A stretch of 64,000 bases of DNA from Candidatus Aegiribacteria sp. (GTDB lineage Bacteria; Fermentibacterota; Fermentibacteria; Fermentibacterales; JCC-6). Shown in pieces: positions 30,530-42,114 of the stretch. A program made the position numbers and the translations under genes. The notes under the pieces were generated by a model. It was not told the DNA's origin, ran no database searches, and was given only the letters and a program-made list of their open reading frames with translations. The stretch is from NCBI GenBank assembly GCA_013138965.1, contig WTBT01000034.1, forward strand, positions 31,325 to 95,324, written 5' to 3'. Numbering within the stretch: position 1 is the first letter of the stretch; each line of letters starts with the position of its first letter.

Positions 30530-33500
30530 TTATTCCTCCCCTTCAGCAGGCAGTAATTCAACATCCAGAGCAAGGCTTCTCATCTCATTCTGAAGAACGT
30601 TGAATGATTCGGGAGTCAGGGACTGCGGGATATTCTCTCCGTTCACCATCGCGCTATAGGCACGGGCCCTTCCATCAACGTCATCCGACTTGATGGTGAG
30701 CATTTCCCTCAGGCAGTGTGCCGCGCCGTAGGCTTCAAGAGCCCATACCTCCATCTCTCCCAGCCTCTGGCCGCCATTCTGCGCTTTACCTCCCAGAGGC
30801 TGCTGAGTAACCATGGCGTAGGGGCCGGTAGCCCTTGCGTGGAGTTTGTCCTCAACCTGATGCGCCAGTTTCATCATATACATGCTACCTACAGTAACCC
30901 TCGCATCAAAGGGGTCGCCGGTTCTGCCGTCGTAGAGTACAGTTTTCCCGTCTCTGTTAAGACCGGCTTCCTCAAGAGCATCTTCGATCTCCAGGTTGGT
31001 TGCGGAATCGAACACCGGTGTAATCACATCGTAACCCATTTTTTTCGCAGCCCATCCGATGTTCGTTTCCATTATCTGACCTACGTTCATTCTGCTCGGT
31101 ACTCCAAGTGGGTTGAGGCATATATCGATGGGAGTTCCGTCAGGTAAATAGGGCATATCCTCCTGGGGGACGATTATGCTGACGACACCCTTGTTTCCAT
31201 GCCTTCCGGCCATCTTGTCGCCGACCTGCAGTTTACGGCGTTTCGCCAGGTAGACTTTTACTGTTTTAGTAACTCCCGGTGGAAGATCGTCACCCCGCAT
31301 GAGTTTTTCCTCAACGGTTTCCAGTTCATTTTCCAGCCTCTTGTACTCCTTTGCGGCATTTCTGAGTATCTGACGAGTTTCATCATCAGCCTTAAGATCA
31401 CCCACAAGTTGTTGACTCGAATCTATATCGGAGAAATTCACCTTGTTCAGGAATGATACCGAAAGCTTCCTCCCGGAGGCAACCAGAACCTCTCCTGTAA
31501 GCTTATCAACAAAACTGACAGCTTTCTGCGCCTGGAGAATTTCCTTCAGAAGTTCGTCTCTTTCAGCGAACAGACGCTTCTCTTTTTCCTCGAATTCATC
31601 CCTGAACCTGTCCAGCTTCACATCGATTTCCCGTCGGGTTCTTTCAGTTTTGTCTTTCCTTGAAAAGACTTTCACATCGATAACCACACCATCCATACCG
31701 GTAGGCGCCCGCAGAGATGCGTCCTTCACGTCTCCCGCTTTCTGGCCGAATATCGCCCTGATCAATCTCTCGGATGGTGACAGGTCCTGTTCTCCCTTGG
31801 GCGTAATCTTACCTACAAGGATATCCCTCTCCCTCACCCTTGAACCGACCTTTATGATACCATCTTCATCCAGGTTGGCTATCTCTTCGGGGTTATCAAC
31901 GCTGGGAAGCTCTCTTGTCAGTTCTTCAGGACCGAGTTTTGTCTCTCTGAACTGCGTCTCCAGTTCAACAACATGAACCGATGTAAAAGCATCGTTCCTG
32001 ATAATCCTTTCGCTGACAACAATGGCATCCTCGAAATTGTAGCCGTTCCATGGAATGAAAGCCACTGTTGCATTGACGCCAAGTGCGAGTATGCCGTTCT
32101 CGGTTGCCATACCATCCGCCAGAACCGAACCCTTCTCAACTATGTCACCAATGCTCACAAGGGGTCTCTGATTGAAGCAGGTATCCTGGTTCGTTCTTTT
32201 GAACTTCTGCAACTGGTAGGTATCGAACCTGTTGAAATCATGCACCTCACAATCAGCTTTTACGACTATGTGTGAAGCATCAACCTCCTGGACGATTCCT
32301 GCCCTGAGTGCTGTGACCAGGGTTCCGGAATCAAGGGTAGCCCTTGCCTCCATGCCGGTTCCGACAAAAGGAGAGTGAGGATACAGAAGAGGTACAGCCT
32401 GACGCTGCATATTCGAGCCCATAAGCGCCCTGTTCGCGTCATCATGCTCAAGGAAAGGTATGAGAGCTGCGGAAACACCTACGAGCTGCCTCGGGCTGAC
32501 ATCGATGAATTCAACTTCATCCGGAGATATCATAGGGAATGTCCCTGCCCGTCTGGTTCTTACAAGGGGACCGATGAGCTTCCCGTCTTTGCTTATGGGT
32601 GCGTCGGCTTCAGCTATCGTAGTACGGTCTTCCCTGTCGGCAGAAAGGTAAACAACTTCGTCAGTTACTTTTCCATCGATCACGCGCCGATAGGGCGTTT
32701 CCAGAAAACCGAACCGGTTAATGGAGGCGAAAACGGCCAGAGTGGTGATGAGTCCGATATTGGGTCCTTCAGGGGTTTCAACCGGGCACATACGTCCGTA
32801 ATGCGTATGGTGTACATCCCTGACATCGAAACCCGCTCTCTCCCTTGTCAATCCGCCCTGACCCAGAGCACTTGTCCTTCTCTTATGGGTAAGTTCGGCA
32901 AGAGGATTGGTTTGCTCCATGAACTGCGAAAGCTGGCTGGAACCGAAAAATGTGTTTATCACACTCGACAGTGTCCTGGAATTGACAAGATCATGCGGAG
33001 TCAGTTTTTCACGGTCCTGATGTCCCATTCTATCCCGTATTGTTCTTGCCATTCTACTGAGTCCCTTTGAGAATTCCTGTCCGAGGAGTTCTCCAACGGT
33101 CCTGACTCTTCTGTTTCCGAGATGGTCTATATCATCCGAGGTATTTCTACCCTCGCGAAGTCTGATGAGGTTTTCAACAATGGCGACCATATCCGGGATG
33201 GTGAGAGTAAGCTTTTCCATAGAAGTGGAGATGTTAAGCCGTTCGTTAAGCTTGTACCTTCCAACCTCGCTGAGGCTGTAGCGTTTTGAATCAAAGAACA
33301 TCGATCTGAGGTAGCTTCTCGCGTGATCAAGGTTCGGCGCATCAGTACCCCTCAGCGCTTCGTAGATCCACATTGTTGCCGAATCCTCGTTCTTCTCAAC
33401 TCCGGCTCCCAGAGATGTGGCTTCCTTGGCCAGGGTTTTCCTGATTCCGTCAAAATCGTTGGTTTCCATACGCGGAGCCAGAAAATCAGCCTGTTTAATG

Positions 33501-34381
33501 CCATGCTCAACAAGCATTTCAATTTTTTCAATGCTCTCCACCGGTTCATCACAACGGGCAAGCAGTTCACCGGTCTCGCTATCAACGATATCCTCGGCAA
33601 AGGATTTCAGAACAAGCTCGATAGCTTTCGAGCGGCTTTTAAGGGCGGCCTCAAGATCTTTGGTTACTTTCGGATAGAAGCTCGACAGTATATCCGCGTC
33701 CGCACCCAGACCAAGAGCGCGAAGAAGCATTGTTACAGGTATTCTTTTCGGGCGTCTGTCGATATTCACATAAATGATATCGTTGTGATCAAGCTTCAGA
33801 TCCAGCCAGGATCCCCTTAGAGGAATAACCCTGGACTTGTAGATTCTGTTGCCCCGCTGCATGGTCGTCTCTTCGAAAAATACTCCCGGGCTTCTGTGCA
33901 ACTGGTTGACAATTACCCTTTCAGCGCCGTTTATTACAAATGATCCGGCTTTTGTCATGAGGGGAAGTTCCCCCAGAAACACTGACTGGTCGATGATCCT
34001 GGATACCTTCCATGAATCCGCGGAAGGTTTGCCATTGGATGTATCCATAATATTTCTGAACACCAGCCTGAGCAAGGCTGTCAGTGGTACCGAATAACTG
34101 AGCCCCTTGTCCAGGGCTTCCTGCACCGTGTACTTCGGAATGCCCAGTTCATAGGAAACATACTCCAGCGAGAACTCGCGGTTGCTGCTCTCGATGGGGA
34201 AAGTATCCTGGAAAATCTTATGAAGACCCTGAGGAAGACGCTCGTCCGGGGGAACATCATCCTGCAGAAATCTGCTGAAAGATTCTCTCTGTATCTTCAG
34301 TAGATCCGGTATGTCAATCACCGGCTGTACTTCGGAATAACTCTTTACAGGTCTGTTAACCTTCACCTGATCACTCCTCAC
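30530..34381 (-). CDS. rpoB: RNA polymerase beta subunit
   Basis: [10 protein letters not shown]; [12 protein letters not shown]; [18 protein letters not shown]. Confidence 0.98.
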   Translation of the reverse strand: MRSDQVKVNRPVKSYSEVQPVIDIPDLLKIQRESFSRFLQDDVPPDERLPQGLHKIFQDTFPIESSNREFSLEYVSYELGIPKYTVQEALDKGLSYSVPLTALLRLVFRNIMDTSNGKPSADSWKVSRIIDQSVFLGELPLMTKAGSFVINGAERVIVNQLHRSPGVFFEETTMQRGNRIYKSRVIPLRGSWLDLKLDHNDIIYVNIDRRPKRIPVTMLLRALGLGADADILSSFYPKVTKDLEAALKSRSKAIELVLKSFAEDIVDSETGELLARCDEPVESIEKIEMLVEHGIKQADFLAPRMETNDFDGIRKTLAKEATSLGAGVEKNEDSATMWIYEALRGTDAPNLDHARSYLRSMFFDSKRYSLSEVGRYKLNERLNISTSMEKLTLTIPDMVAIVENLIRLREGRNTSDDIDHLGNRRVRTVGELLGQEFSKGLSRMARTIRDRMGHQDREKLTPHDLVNSRTLSSVINTFFGSSQLSQFMEQTNPLAELTHKRRTSALGQGGLTRERAGFDVRDVHHTHYGRMCPVETPEGPNIGLITTLAVFASINRFGFLETPYRRVIDGKVTDEVVYLSADREDRTTIAEADAPISKDGKLIGPLVRTRRAGTFPMISPDEVEFIDVSPRQLVGVSAALIPFLEHDDANRALMGSNMQRQAVPLLYPHSPFVGTGMEARATLDSGTLVTALRAGIVQEVDASHIVVKADCEVHDFNRFDTYQLQKFKRTNQDTCFNQRPLVSIGDIVEKGSVLADGMATENGILALGVNATVAFIPWNGYNFEDAIVVSERIIRNDAFTSVHVVELETQFRETKLGPEELTRELPSVDNPEEIANLDEDGIIKVGSRVRERDILVGKITPKGEQDLSPSERLIRAIFGQKAGDVKDASLRAPTGMDGVVIDVKVFSRKDKTERTRREIDVKLDRFRDEFEEKEKRLFAERDELLKEILQAQKAVSFVDKLTGEVLVASGRKLSVSFLNKVNFSDIDSSQQLVGDLKADDETRQILRNAAKEYKRLENELETVEEKLMRGDDLPPGVTKTVKVYLAKRRKLQVGDKMAGRHGNKGVVSIIVPQEDMPYLPDGTPIDICLNPLGVPSRMNVGQIMETNIGWAAKKMGYDVITPVFDSATNLEIEDALEEAGLNRDGKTVLYDGRTGDPFDARVTVGSMYMMKLAHQVEDKLHARATGPYAMVTQQPLGGKAQNGGQRLGEMEVWALEAYGAAHCLREMLTIKSDDVDGRARAYSAMVNGENIPQSLTPESFNVLQNEMRSLALDVELLPAEGEE

Positions 34382-34484
34382 GCCTGGATAGGAAGTGAAT
34401 TTAAGTAAAACGATTTCAAATCAGTACGGCACGAACGGCGAGAGAGGTATTTTGCCGTCCCCCGCCGCATTATTCTGCTGGATG

Positions 34485-34865
34485 TTACTGAAGCTTGACT
34501 GTTGCTCCAGCTTCCTCAAGCTGTTTCTTGAGAGCTTCGGCTTCGTCTTTGTCCATTTCCTCACGAAGCTTTGAGGGAACGTTATCCACGAGTTCCTTGG
34601 CTTCTTTGAGGTTCAGTTCAAGAACATCCTTTACTACCTTGATAACAGGGATCTTCTTTGCGCCGAAGTCCTCAAGGATAACATCGAACTCGGTCTTCTC
34701 TTCTGCCTTGCTGCCTGCTTCAGCAGGTGCGGCTACTGCAGCTGCCACGGGCGCTGCTGCCGATACACCGAACTTTTCTTCCATCTCTTCAACGAGTTCT
34801 GCAAGCTCCAGAACTGTCATGCCTGAAATAGCTTCAATGATATCAGCTTTTTTAAGATCACTCAT
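34485..34865 (-). CDS. rplL: 50S ribosomal protein L7/L12
   Basis: [11 protein letters not shown]; EEKTEFDV; LKEAKELV. Confidence 0.97.
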   Translation of the reverse strand: MSDLKKADIIEAISGMTVLELAELVEEMEEKFGVSAAAPVAAAVAAPAEAGSKAEEKTEFDVILEDFGAKKIPVIKVVKDVLELNLKEAKELVDNVPSKLREEMDKDEAEALKKQLEEAGATVKLQ

Positions 34866-34913
34866 TTTTTCCTCCATTTGCTGCGGTACCCGGGCAGGGT
34901 TCCGCCACCTTAT

Positions 34914-35447
34914 TTAGTTCTCCTTACTCTCCCTTATCGCATTTACTGCGTAGAAGAATTTCCGGATTATCCCACTGCTTACAGAAACAAAACCCTGCAG
35001 AGGTGAACGGGCTGAACCCATAAACTTCGCAAGAAGCTCATCTCTCGAGGGAATATCAGCAAGCCGCATCAGTTTAGCGACTTCGTAAGTCTCACCGGAC
35101 ACAAAGCCTCCTTTTATCCTCGGAAGCCCTTTGTGACCTTCAGCAAATTTCTTGATAACTTTTATGGGAAGGACTTCATCAGTGGAATATGCAAGCGCTG
35201 TCGGACCTTCCATCATCGCATAGACACCCTCATTGTTTTCAACTTCAATTCCATTGAAGATTCTTCGAAGAAGTGTGTTTTTGACAACGGTGAAGTTAAC
35301 GTTGTTCTCTCGCATTTGAGTTCTGAGCTCAGTCATTGCCTCAACGTTGACCCCGGTGAAATCAGTCAATATAACCGATCCTGCTTCGTCCAGGTCATCA
35401 ATCAGGGTGGCTACAACGCTCTCCTTCTGTTTTCTTGAGACAGCCAT
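34914..35447 (-). CDS. rplJ: 50S ribosomal protein L10
   Basis: VVKNTL, GPTA, LADIPSRDELLA. Confidence 0.96.
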   Translation of the reverse strand: MAVSRKQKESVVATLIDDLDEAGSVILTDFTGVNVEAMTELRTQMRENNVNFTVVKNTLLRRIFNGIEVENNEGVYAMMEGPTALAYSTDEVLPIKVIKKFAEGHKGLPRIKGGFVSGETYEVAKLMRLADIPSRDELLAKFMGSARSPLQGFVSVSSGIIRKFFYAVNAIRESKEN

Positions 35448-35461
35448 CTGTTTATCACCAC

Positions 35462-36166
35462 CTATCGCATCTGGGCCCGCAGATCGTTTACATCGATCTT
35501 AATCCCGGGCCCCATTGTGGACGAAACTGATATGTTCTTCATGTAGTGTCCTTTAACGGTCGATGGTTTAAGCTGCAGAACCTTCTCAAAGAAGGACATG
35601 ACATTTTCCGCCAGAGCCCTCTTCTCGAAACTGGCTTTGCCTACAGGCACATGAAGGTTCCCGGTCTTATCAACCCTGAAGGTGATTTTTCCGGCTTTAG
35701 CCTCCTTAACCGCCTCTGCAACATCTTCAGTAACCGTTCCGATTTTGGGGTTGGGCATAAGGCCCCTGGGACCCAGTACCCTTCCGAGTTTCCCCACTGT
35801 CCTCATCATGTCGGGACTGGCGATGACCACATCAAATTCAAGCCATCCTTCCTGAATCCTGGCAGCGAGATCTTCATCACCGACAAAATCGGCTCCAGCT
35901 TCCTTCGCCTGATCAGCCTTCTCTCCGGTAGCGAAAACCGCGACTCTTGCGATTTTTCCTGTACCGTTGGGCAGAACACATGATCCCCTGACCATCTGGT
36001 CGGCATACTTGGGGTTGACGTTCAGTGAGATGGCGATCTCAACAGTTTCATCAAAACCGGCGGTAGCCAGTTCCTTGACAAGCTCACAGCCTTCCTCGAG
36101 TGTGTATTTCTTATCTTTGTCAATACTCTCCCGGACCTGGCGGAATCTTTTACTCATTTTTGCCAT
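35462..36166 (-). CDS. rplA: 50S ribosomal protein L1
   Basis: FDETVE; [11 protein letters not shown]; STMGPG. Confidence 0.98.
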   Translation of the reverse strand: MAKMSKRFRQVRESIDKDKKYTLEEGCELVKELATAGFDETVEIAISLNVNPKYADQMVRGSCVLPNGTGKIARVAVFATGEKADQAKEAGADFVGDEDLAARIQEGWLEFDVVIASPDMMRTVGKLGRVLGPRGLMPNPKIGTVTEDVAEAVKEAKAGKITFRVDKTGNLHVPVGKASFEKRALAENVMSFFEKVLQLKPSTVKGHYMKNISVSSTMGPGIKIDVNDLRAQMR

Positions 36167-36167
36167 A

Positions 36168-36593
36168 TCAATCCACCACCTCCAGGCCCATGCTCCTTGC
36201 TGTACCTGCGATCATGGAAACCGCCGCCTCCATGGACGCGGCATTGAGATCTTTTTCCTTCAGCTTAACGATCTCGCGACACTGCTCCAGAGTCACCGTA
36301 CCAACTTTTTCCCGATTGGATTCCGGAGAACCCTTAGCCAGCCCGGCAGCCCGTTTCAAAAGGACCGCAGCTGGAGGGGATTTCAGAATAAAAGTAAAGC
36401 TTCTGTCCTTATAGATGCTTACGACCGCAGGTATTATAAGTCCTTCGCTCCCCCGGGTTCGGGCATTGAATTCCTTACAGAAACCGGCCAGGTTGATTCC
36501 GTACTGTCCCAGCGCGGGACCAACGGGTGGAGCCGGTGTTGCCTGCCCTGCGGGCAGCTGAAGCTTTACCATACCCAGAATCTTCTTGGCCAT
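36168..36593 (-). CDS. rplK: 50S ribosomal protein L11
   Basis: [13 protein letters not shown]; GTARSMG. Confidence 0.98.
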   Translation of the reverse strand: MAKKILGMVKLQLPAGQATPAPPVGPALGQYGINLAGFCKEFNARTRGSEGLIIPAVVSIYKDRSFTFILKSPPAAVLLKRAAGLAKGSPESNREKVGTVTLEQCREIVKLKEKDLNAASMEAAVSMIAGTARSMGLEVVD

Positions 36594-36695
36594 GGCAAGC
36601 ACTCCTTCCCAGCCGCAGCAACCTCCCCTTACTGGTTACAACAGCTTTTATAAAATAAGACGGACCGTTCCGCCTTCCGTTAAACCGGTCTGCTC

Positions 36696-37292
36696 TCAGA
36701 CCGGACGAACCTGTGAAAAATCGATCTCCACAGGCGCCTTGCGACCGAAAATGGTGAAAATCACCCTCACCCTGCCGCGCTCGGGATTGATTGATTCCAC
36801 AACCCCGGTGAAGTTATTGAATGGGCCCTCTGTAACTCTTACAGTCTGTCCAACCGAGTATGGTACCCTGATGATCTTTGACTTGTCCGAACCATCAGCC
36901 TGTCCTTTCAGACGGCTTATTTCGGCATCGGTCAACGGTTCGGGGTTTCCCTGATTCATCGGTGGGAAGCCGCTAACGTTGCTCATGGCCCGGATGTCCA
37001 TGATCATTTCAGGGTTCAGATCAAGCTGAACGAATACGTAGCCCGGATAAAGCTTTTTCTTCCTTGATGTCTTTCTGCCCCTGACATTCGAAGTGATCTC
37101 CTGAGTAGGGATGAGTACCTCTCCTACACAGTCAGGGTATTTCCTTTTGAGCTGTCCCGCCAGAAATATCATGACCCGTTTCTCGTACCCGGAGAATGAA
37201 TTTACAACGTACCAGGAAAACCTGCTGTTATCCTCATCACCGGAGGCATCTTCTTCTACTGGCGTCTGCTCGCTGGTCTCTTCTTCTACCAT
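36696..37292 (-). CDS. nusG: Transcription termination/antitermination factor NusG
   Basis: WYVV..FSGYE; YPGYVF; GPFNNFTG; IFGR. Confidence 0.96.
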   Translation of the reverse strand: MVEEETSEQTPVEEDASGDEDNSRFSWYVVNSFSGYEKRVMIFLAGQLKRKYPDCVGEVLIPTQEITSNVRGRKTSRKKKLYPGYVFVQLDLNPEMIMDIRAMSNVSGFPPMNQGNPEPLTDAEISRLKGQADGSDKSKIIRVPYSVGQTVRVTEGPFNNFTGVVESINPERGRVRVIFTIFGRKAPVEIDFSQVRPV

Positions 37293-37336
37293 AATCCTGT
37301 CCTTCTTGACTTGAACTGCAGCTGTCAGCTTTTTTT

Positions 37337-37573
37337 TTAGTGAATCAGCCTGATGAGCCCGTTTATCAGAATAGCGGAGGACTGGTCAGCGGCAAAAATC
37401 CATACTGCTGTTATTCCCACCCCGAAGAGAACGACCCATGTTGACGAAATCACCTCTTCTTTGGTCGGCCAGGCAACTTTTGTCAGCTCTGCCTTCACTT
37501 CTATAAGAAATCTGATGGCAGCTTTAATACCCCTCACAATGATGTTGCCGTCCCGGGTCTGCCTACGAGCCAT
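37337..37573 (-). CDS. secE: Preprotein translocase subunit SecE
   Basis: EVKAELTKVAWPTKEE plus TM; between tRNA-Trp and nusG. Confidence 0.93.
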   Translation of the reverse strand: MARRQTRDGNIIVRGIKAAIRFLIEVKAELTKVAWPTKEEVISSTWVVLFGVGITAVWIFAADQSSAILINGLIRLIH

Positions 37574-37615
37574 AATCTGTCCTCTTCCTTTGATCCTTAT
37601 TCCTTCTGAGCATGA

Positions 37616-37691
37616 TGGCAGGGCCGGAAGGACTTGAACCCTCAACCCCCGGATTTGGAGTCCGGTGCACTACCAATTGTGCTACGACCCT
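37616..37691 (-). tRNA. tRNA-Trp(CCA)
   Basis: Anticodon arm CCGGA-CTCCAAA-TCCGG; CCA end. Confidence 0.96.
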
Positions 37692-37711
37692 GCGCAACTT
37701 CTTAAGGATAA

Positions 37712-37861
37712 CTACTTCGTTTCCCTATGAAGGGTATGCTTATTGCAAAATCTGCAATACTTCTTCATTTCCATTCTGCCGGTATTCGTACTGCGGTTTT
37801 TGGTGGTGCTGTAATTGCGCTGTCTGCATTCCTGGCAGGCGAGTGTGATTATTACCCTCAC
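37712..37861 (-). CDS. rpmG: 50S ribosomal protein L33 (Zn-binding form; not in ORF track)
   Basis: Manual translation [22 protein letters not shown]...[17 protein letters not shown]. Confidence 0.96.
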   Translation of the reverse strand: MRVIITLACQECRQRNYSTTKNRSTNTGRMEMKKYCRFCNKHTLHRETK

Positions 37862-37873
37862 TGTTTATCCTGT

Positions 37874-39073
37874 CTATTGTTCAATCTTATCAACAAGTCC
37901 ATGACCTACGGTACGTCCACCTTCACGGATAGCGAAACGGAGCCCCTCTTCCAGGGCTATGGGAGTAATAAGCGTGATTTTTACCCCATCAATATTGTCA
38001 CCGGGGAGGGCCATTTCACGGCCTTCGGGAAGTTCAATCGCACCAGTGACATCGGTTGTACGGAAATAGAACTGGGGACGGTATCCGGTCTTGAAATGCT
38101 TCTTCCTGCCGCCATCCTTCTCACTGAGTATAATGATGTTGGCGTAGAACTCGGTGTGAGGAGTGACTGAACCGGGTTTCGCGAGAACCATTCCTCTTTC
38201 CAGCTGATCCTTCTTGAGCCCGCGCAGAAGGAGGCCTACATTGTCCCCGGCCTGTCCGTCATCCAGAATCTTCCTGAACATCTCAACACCTGTACATACG
38301 GTTTCTATAGTTTCGTGGATTCCCACACGCTCAAGCTTGTCGCCTGTATGAACTACTCCCCTCTCGATCCTTCCGGTTCCGACTGTGCCGCGCCCCTCAA
38401 TCGAGAATACGTCTTCCACAGGCATGAGGAAGGGCTTTTCTGTGTCGCGCACAGGTGTGGGGATCCATTCATCCACTGCCTTCATAAGTTCGTAAACGCA
38501 TTTCGCGTCTTCATCATCCGGGGCTCCGCTGGAGTTAAGAGCTTTAAGAGCGCTTCCCCTGATAATGGGAGAGTCGGTATCGAATCCGTACTTTTCGAGT
38601 AATTCTCCGACTTCCATTTCAACAAAATCAAGAAGTTCGTCGTCATCGATCATGTCGACCTTGTTAAGGAAAACTACCATTCTGGGAACGTTAACCTGAC
38701 GTGCGAGAAGCACATGTTCCTTTGTCTGCTCCATGACACCGTCATTGGCTGCGATAACAAGAATGGCACCGTCCATCTGGGCTGCTCCGGTAATCATGTT
38801 CTTGATGTAATCGGCATGACCAGGACAGTCTACGTGAGCGTAATGCCTGTTCTCAGTCTCGTACTCCTGATGGGAAGTGGCGATTGTAATACCGCGCTTC
38901 TTCTCTTCGGGAGCGTTATCGATCATGTCGAACTCAACAAAGCTTACATTGGAAAACTGCGTAGCCAGACACTTGGTTATTGCAGCCGTAAGGGTTGTCT
39001 TGCCATGATCAATGTGACCAATCGTTCCCACATTAACGTGTGGTTTGGTCCTCTCAAACTTCTCCTTGGCCAT
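37874..39073 (-). CDS. tuf: Elongation factor Tu
   Basis: GHIDHGKTT; DCPGHADY; [11 protein letters not shown]. Confidence 0.98.
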   Translation of the reverse strand: MAKEKFERTKPHVNVGTIGHIDHGKTTLTAAITKCLATQFSNVSFVEFDMIDNAPEEKKRGITIATSHQEYETENRHYAHVDCPGHADYIKNMITGAAQMDGAILVIAANDGVMEQTKEHVLLARQVNVPRMVVFLNKVDMIDDDELLDFVEMEVGELLEKYGFDTDSPIIRGSALKALNSSGAPDDEDAKCVYELMKAVDEWIPTPVRDTEKPFLMPVEDVFSIEGRGTVGTGRIERGVVHTGDKLERVGIHETIETVCTGVEMFRKILDDGQAGDNVGLLLRGLKKDQLERGMVLAKPGSVTPHTEFYANIIILSEKDGGRKKHFKTGYRPQFYFRTTDVTGAIELPEGREMALPGDNIDGVKITLITPIALEEGLRFAIREGGRTVGHGLVDKIEQ

Positions 39074-39160
39074 GATTTCTCCTTTTCTTTTTCATCCTTC
39101 ACCAATGGATAATGTGCTGATCCTGTGTTCAGCTTCAGTTTTCTGCTTATTTCATCTGCC

Positions 39161-39236
<76 letters not shown>

Positions 39237-39315
39237 TCCGGCAATATCTACCTGCAATCAACTTTGCCGGTTCAAGCAGTTATCCACCGCGTCCATTTAG
39301 CTTCAGTTCCCCGGC

Positions 39316-39391
39316 TGGAGCGGGAGACGGGGGTCGAACCCGCGACCCTCAGCTTGGAAGGCTGATGCTCTGCCAACTGAGCTACTCCCGC
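39316..39391 (-). tRNA. tRNA-Gly(TCC)
   Basis: Anticodon arm TCAGC-CTTCCAA-GCTGA. Confidence 0.96.
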
Positions 39392-39555
39392 ATGCCGGAA
39401 ACGCCTATAAAGCCGCCACTGTCAAGGAGCCTGTCCGACAATGAAACATTGGCATAATACTCGCATATTATCAGTATTCTCCTCTATATTTCGCATTCTA
39501 TCTCAGTCGTTAGGATATTCTGCTCAATGCGTATTCCCGGGCACACCCCTAGGAC

Positions 39556-39641
39556 TGGTGGCGAGGGGTGGATTCGAACCACCGAAGGCCATTGCCAACA
39601 GATTTACAGTCTGCCCCCTTTGACCGCTCGGGAACCTCGCC
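39556..39641 (-). tRNA. tRNA-Tyr(GTA)
   Basis: Anticodon arm GCAGA-CTGTAAA-TCTGT; long variable arm. Confidence 0.96.
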
Positions 39642-39677
39642 AGCTCCTGTTATCTATAATCAAGCACGAATCTCTAC

Positions 39678-39753
39678 TGGAGCTGGCGAAGGGACTTGAA
39701 CCCCTAACCTGCTGATTACAAATCAGCTGCTCTACCAGTTGAGCTACGCCAGC
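39678..39753 (-). tRNA. tRNA-Thr(TGT)
   Basis: Anticodon arm CTGAT-TTGTAAT-CAG region; CCA end. Confidence 0.96.
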
Positions 39754-39768
39754 AAAAAGCGAGCACGT

Positions 39769-39797
39769 AGCATATAGAAACCCCTCGCTACTGTCAA
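39769..39797 (-). promoter_or_regulatory. Sigma70-type promoter of the tRNA-tuf cluster
   Basis: TTGACA-17 bp-TATGCT, 15 nt upstream of tRNA-Thr(TGT). Confidence 0.75.
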
Positions 39798-39910
39798 GAT
39801 TACTGCTTAATACCTGCCAACGGGCCAGGAATAAAAAACATTGACGCAGACAAGAGGTAACCTGTAGCTTTATGGTAAGGCAAAGTTACATTCAGACGGA
39901 GGTCAAGTCA

Positions 39911-40756
39911 ATGAACAGGATCATCGTATCGGTTATTACCGTATTTCTACTTCTTACTCCGCTCTTTCAGGGCTGTGGCGGTGGAGTATCCATTCAGGAT
40001 GAACTGGGAATGGTCCCGGGCCTCTGTTTTCTTCATGTTCATATTAGTTGTAATATGGATATTAAACTTATACCGGAGGAGGTTAACGAGTTCATTCCCC
40101 TCTGGTTGTGTGATTCCCTTAACGTACGGGGAGATTTCGGGGTGAGCCTTCTTGGTGTAAATCTCACCGATTTTACCCCCCAGCTGCTTTTCCTTTCAAG
40201 GGAACTTGGAACGGATGAAATGCTGCAGCTTGGAAGAACCGCTTTCAACTGCGGTTCCAGGGAGAACCGGCAGGGTTACGATCTGATCGATGAACGGGGC
40301 AGCATGATAGGTTCAATTGCCGGAAGGGACGGATGGACTTGCCTGATAACGGGAAGCGGGTCGGACAGGTCCGCCCGACGCTGGCTTGAACTTGAAAAGG
40401 AGGAATCCCTTGCATCGGACTCCGACTTGATTTCAATCTCGGAATCGGATGCTGATCTCACAATACTTATTTCTCATAACTCCATAGCCTTCGTATCCGT
40501 AATCCCCACCGGGATGCTTTCAAGAGCGCAGATAGGTATCCTGAACAGAGTAAAAGACCTGATCGGAGCAATTAATCCAAAAGCCCTGAGAGTAACTCTG
40601 AATATCAGCAATGAAGAACCTCCGCTTATACTGCTGGAACTACAGCTTGTACGGAACGGAAGCAATGTTACCAGTTTTTCAGTCAGCTTCAGCGATACGG
40701 AATTTACATCGACCGACCTCGTTCAATTAATTAGGGACGGAGGTTTTTTATTCTGA
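39911..40756 (+). CDS. Hypothetical lipoprotein
   Basis: GGAGG RBS; signal peptide ending FQGC; stop codon lies inside the downstream repeat element. Confidence 0.65.
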   Translation: MNRIIVSVITVFLLLTPLFQGCGGGVSIQDELGMVPGLCFLHVHISCNMDIKLIPEEVNEFIPLWLCDSLNVRGDFGVSLLGVNLTDFTPQLLFLSRELGTDEMLQLGRTAFNCGSRENRQGYDLIDERGSMIGSIAGRDGWTCLITGSGSDRSARRWLELEKEESLASDSDLISISESDADLTILISHNSIAFVSVIPTGMLSRAQIGILNRVKDLIGAINPKALRVTLNISNEEPPLILLELQLVRNGSNVTSFSVSFSDTEFTSTDLVQLIRDGGFLF

Positions 40757-40833
40757 ATTCACAAATAATACGGTCATACTACCCTTCTCAAGCACATATT
40801 AATCGCGATAATATTTTAAATATCCTCCGTCCC
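40734..40833. mobile_element. 100-bp MITE/REPIN-like element, copy 1
   Basis: Terminal inverted repeats GGGACGGAGG...CCTCCGTCCC; ungapped match to copy 2. Confidence 0.75.
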
Positions 40834-40874
40834 CAATTATTTACTATGATCATTAACCTGGGAGGTGAGTATTC

Positions 40875-41987
40875 ATGAGAGTATGGACAGTCGGAAAGTG
40901 TAGTGTTGCGCTTGCAATTCTTCTGCTCAGTGCCCTCGCTTCTGCCGACCCTCCTCCGGGATACTACGATCCCGCCGCCGGCCTTTCGGGATCTGCGCTT
41001 CAGGAAGCCCTTCATGATATTATCGATAATCATACAAATATAAGCTATGACGCTATCTGGCTCGCATTTTTCACGACCGATGACAGGTATGGTGACAAGG
41101 TCTGGGACATGTATTCCGACGTACCGGGCGGTACTCCCCCTTACACTTACGTTCTTGATGATGACCAGGGAGGTTCCGCAAACGGCGAGGGTGAAGGGTA
41201 CAACCGGGAGCATTCCTGGCCGAAAAGCTGGTTCAATGATGCCTCGCCCATGAATACCGATCTGTTTCATATTGTCCCGACTGATATTTACGTGAATAAT
41301 CGAAGGGGCAACTACCCCTATGGAGAGGTCACCAACCCAACATGGACATCGTTGAACTACAGCTACCTTGGACCTTGCTCCTACCCGGGATACTCCGGAA
41401 TCGTCTTCGAACCGATCGATGGTTACAAGGGGGATTTCGCCAGGAATTATTTCTACATGGCTACCCGCTACTTTGGAGAGGGCGGCAGCTGGCCGGGCAG
41501 CGCAATGGCCACAGGGGCTGTGCTGACCGACTGGGCTGAAGAGATGCTTATCGGCTGGCATTCAAGTGACCCCGTCAGTACGAAGGAAATCGACAGAAAC
41601 GAGGCGGTCTATGACATACAGCACAACCGGAATCCATTCATAGACCACCCGGAATACGTCCTGATGGTTTACGATCCTACTTCCGTGGAAGGCGGGGAAT
41701 TCCAGACAGCTTCAGCTGTTCTGTATCAGAACGTTCCCAATCCTTTCCCGGGCATCACAACCATCAGATTCACCCTGCCGGAAGCAACAATGGTCACCAT
41801 CACAGTGTACGATATTTCAGGAAAGCTTGTAAACACGCTAGCTGAGAACAGTCAGCTTTCTCCAGGGTATCATGACGTTATCTGGAGCGGCAGGACGGCC
41901 TCCGGCGAGCCTGCAGCCACAGGTATCTACTTCTGCAGGCTCAGTACCCCAGAAGTAACCATCACTCTGCGAATGCTGATGATATAA
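40875..41987 (+). CDS. Secreted endonuclease I family nuclease with C-terminal FlgD-Ig/T9SS-like domain
   Basis: NREHSWPKSWF, DLFH, NNRRGNYPY, KGDFAR, RN..QHNRNPFIDHPE; PNPF...SGK...TGIYF tail. Confidence 0.9.
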   Translation: MRVWTVGKCSVALAILLLSALASADPPPGYYDPAAGLSGSALQEALHDIIDNHTNISYDAIWLAFFTTDDRYGDKVWDMYSDVPGGTPPYTYVLDDDQGGSANGEGEGYNREHSWPKSWFNDASPMNTDLFHIVPTDIYVNNRRGNYPYGEVTNPTWTSLNYSYLGPCSYPGYSGIVFEPIDGYKGDFARNYFYMATRYFGEGGSWPGSAMATGAVLTDWAEEMLIGWHSSDPVSTKEIDRNEAVYDIQHNRNPFIDHPEYVLMVYDPTSVEGGEFQTASAVLYQNVPNPFPGITTIRFTLPEATMVTITVYDISGKLVNTLAENSQLSPGYHDVIWSGRTASGEPAATGIYFCRLSTPEVTITLRMLMI

Positions 41988-41990
41988 TCA

Positions 41991-42090
41991 GGGACGGAGG
42001 AATTTTATTTTGAATTCACAAATAATGCGGACATACCACCGCTTTCAAGCACAGATTAATTCCGATACTATTTTAAATTACCTCCGTCCC
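41991..42090. mobile_element. 100-bp MITE/REPIN-like element, copy 2
   Basis: Same terminal inverted repeats; 15 mismatches vs copy 1 by manual count; followed by a T-run. Confidence 0.75.
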
Positions 42091-42114
42091 TTTTTTTCCT
42101 GAAACGGCAGCTGA

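Noticed and set aside
39395-39426. Internal TTGACA promoter before tRNA-Gly
   Set aside because: The -35 hexamer is present but there is no convincing -10 at 16-18 bp.
40734-42090. CRISPR array or integron attC sites
   Set aside because: Only two 100-bp units 1.26 kb apart; ends do not match RYYYAAC/GTTRRRY; no cas or intI genes in the window.
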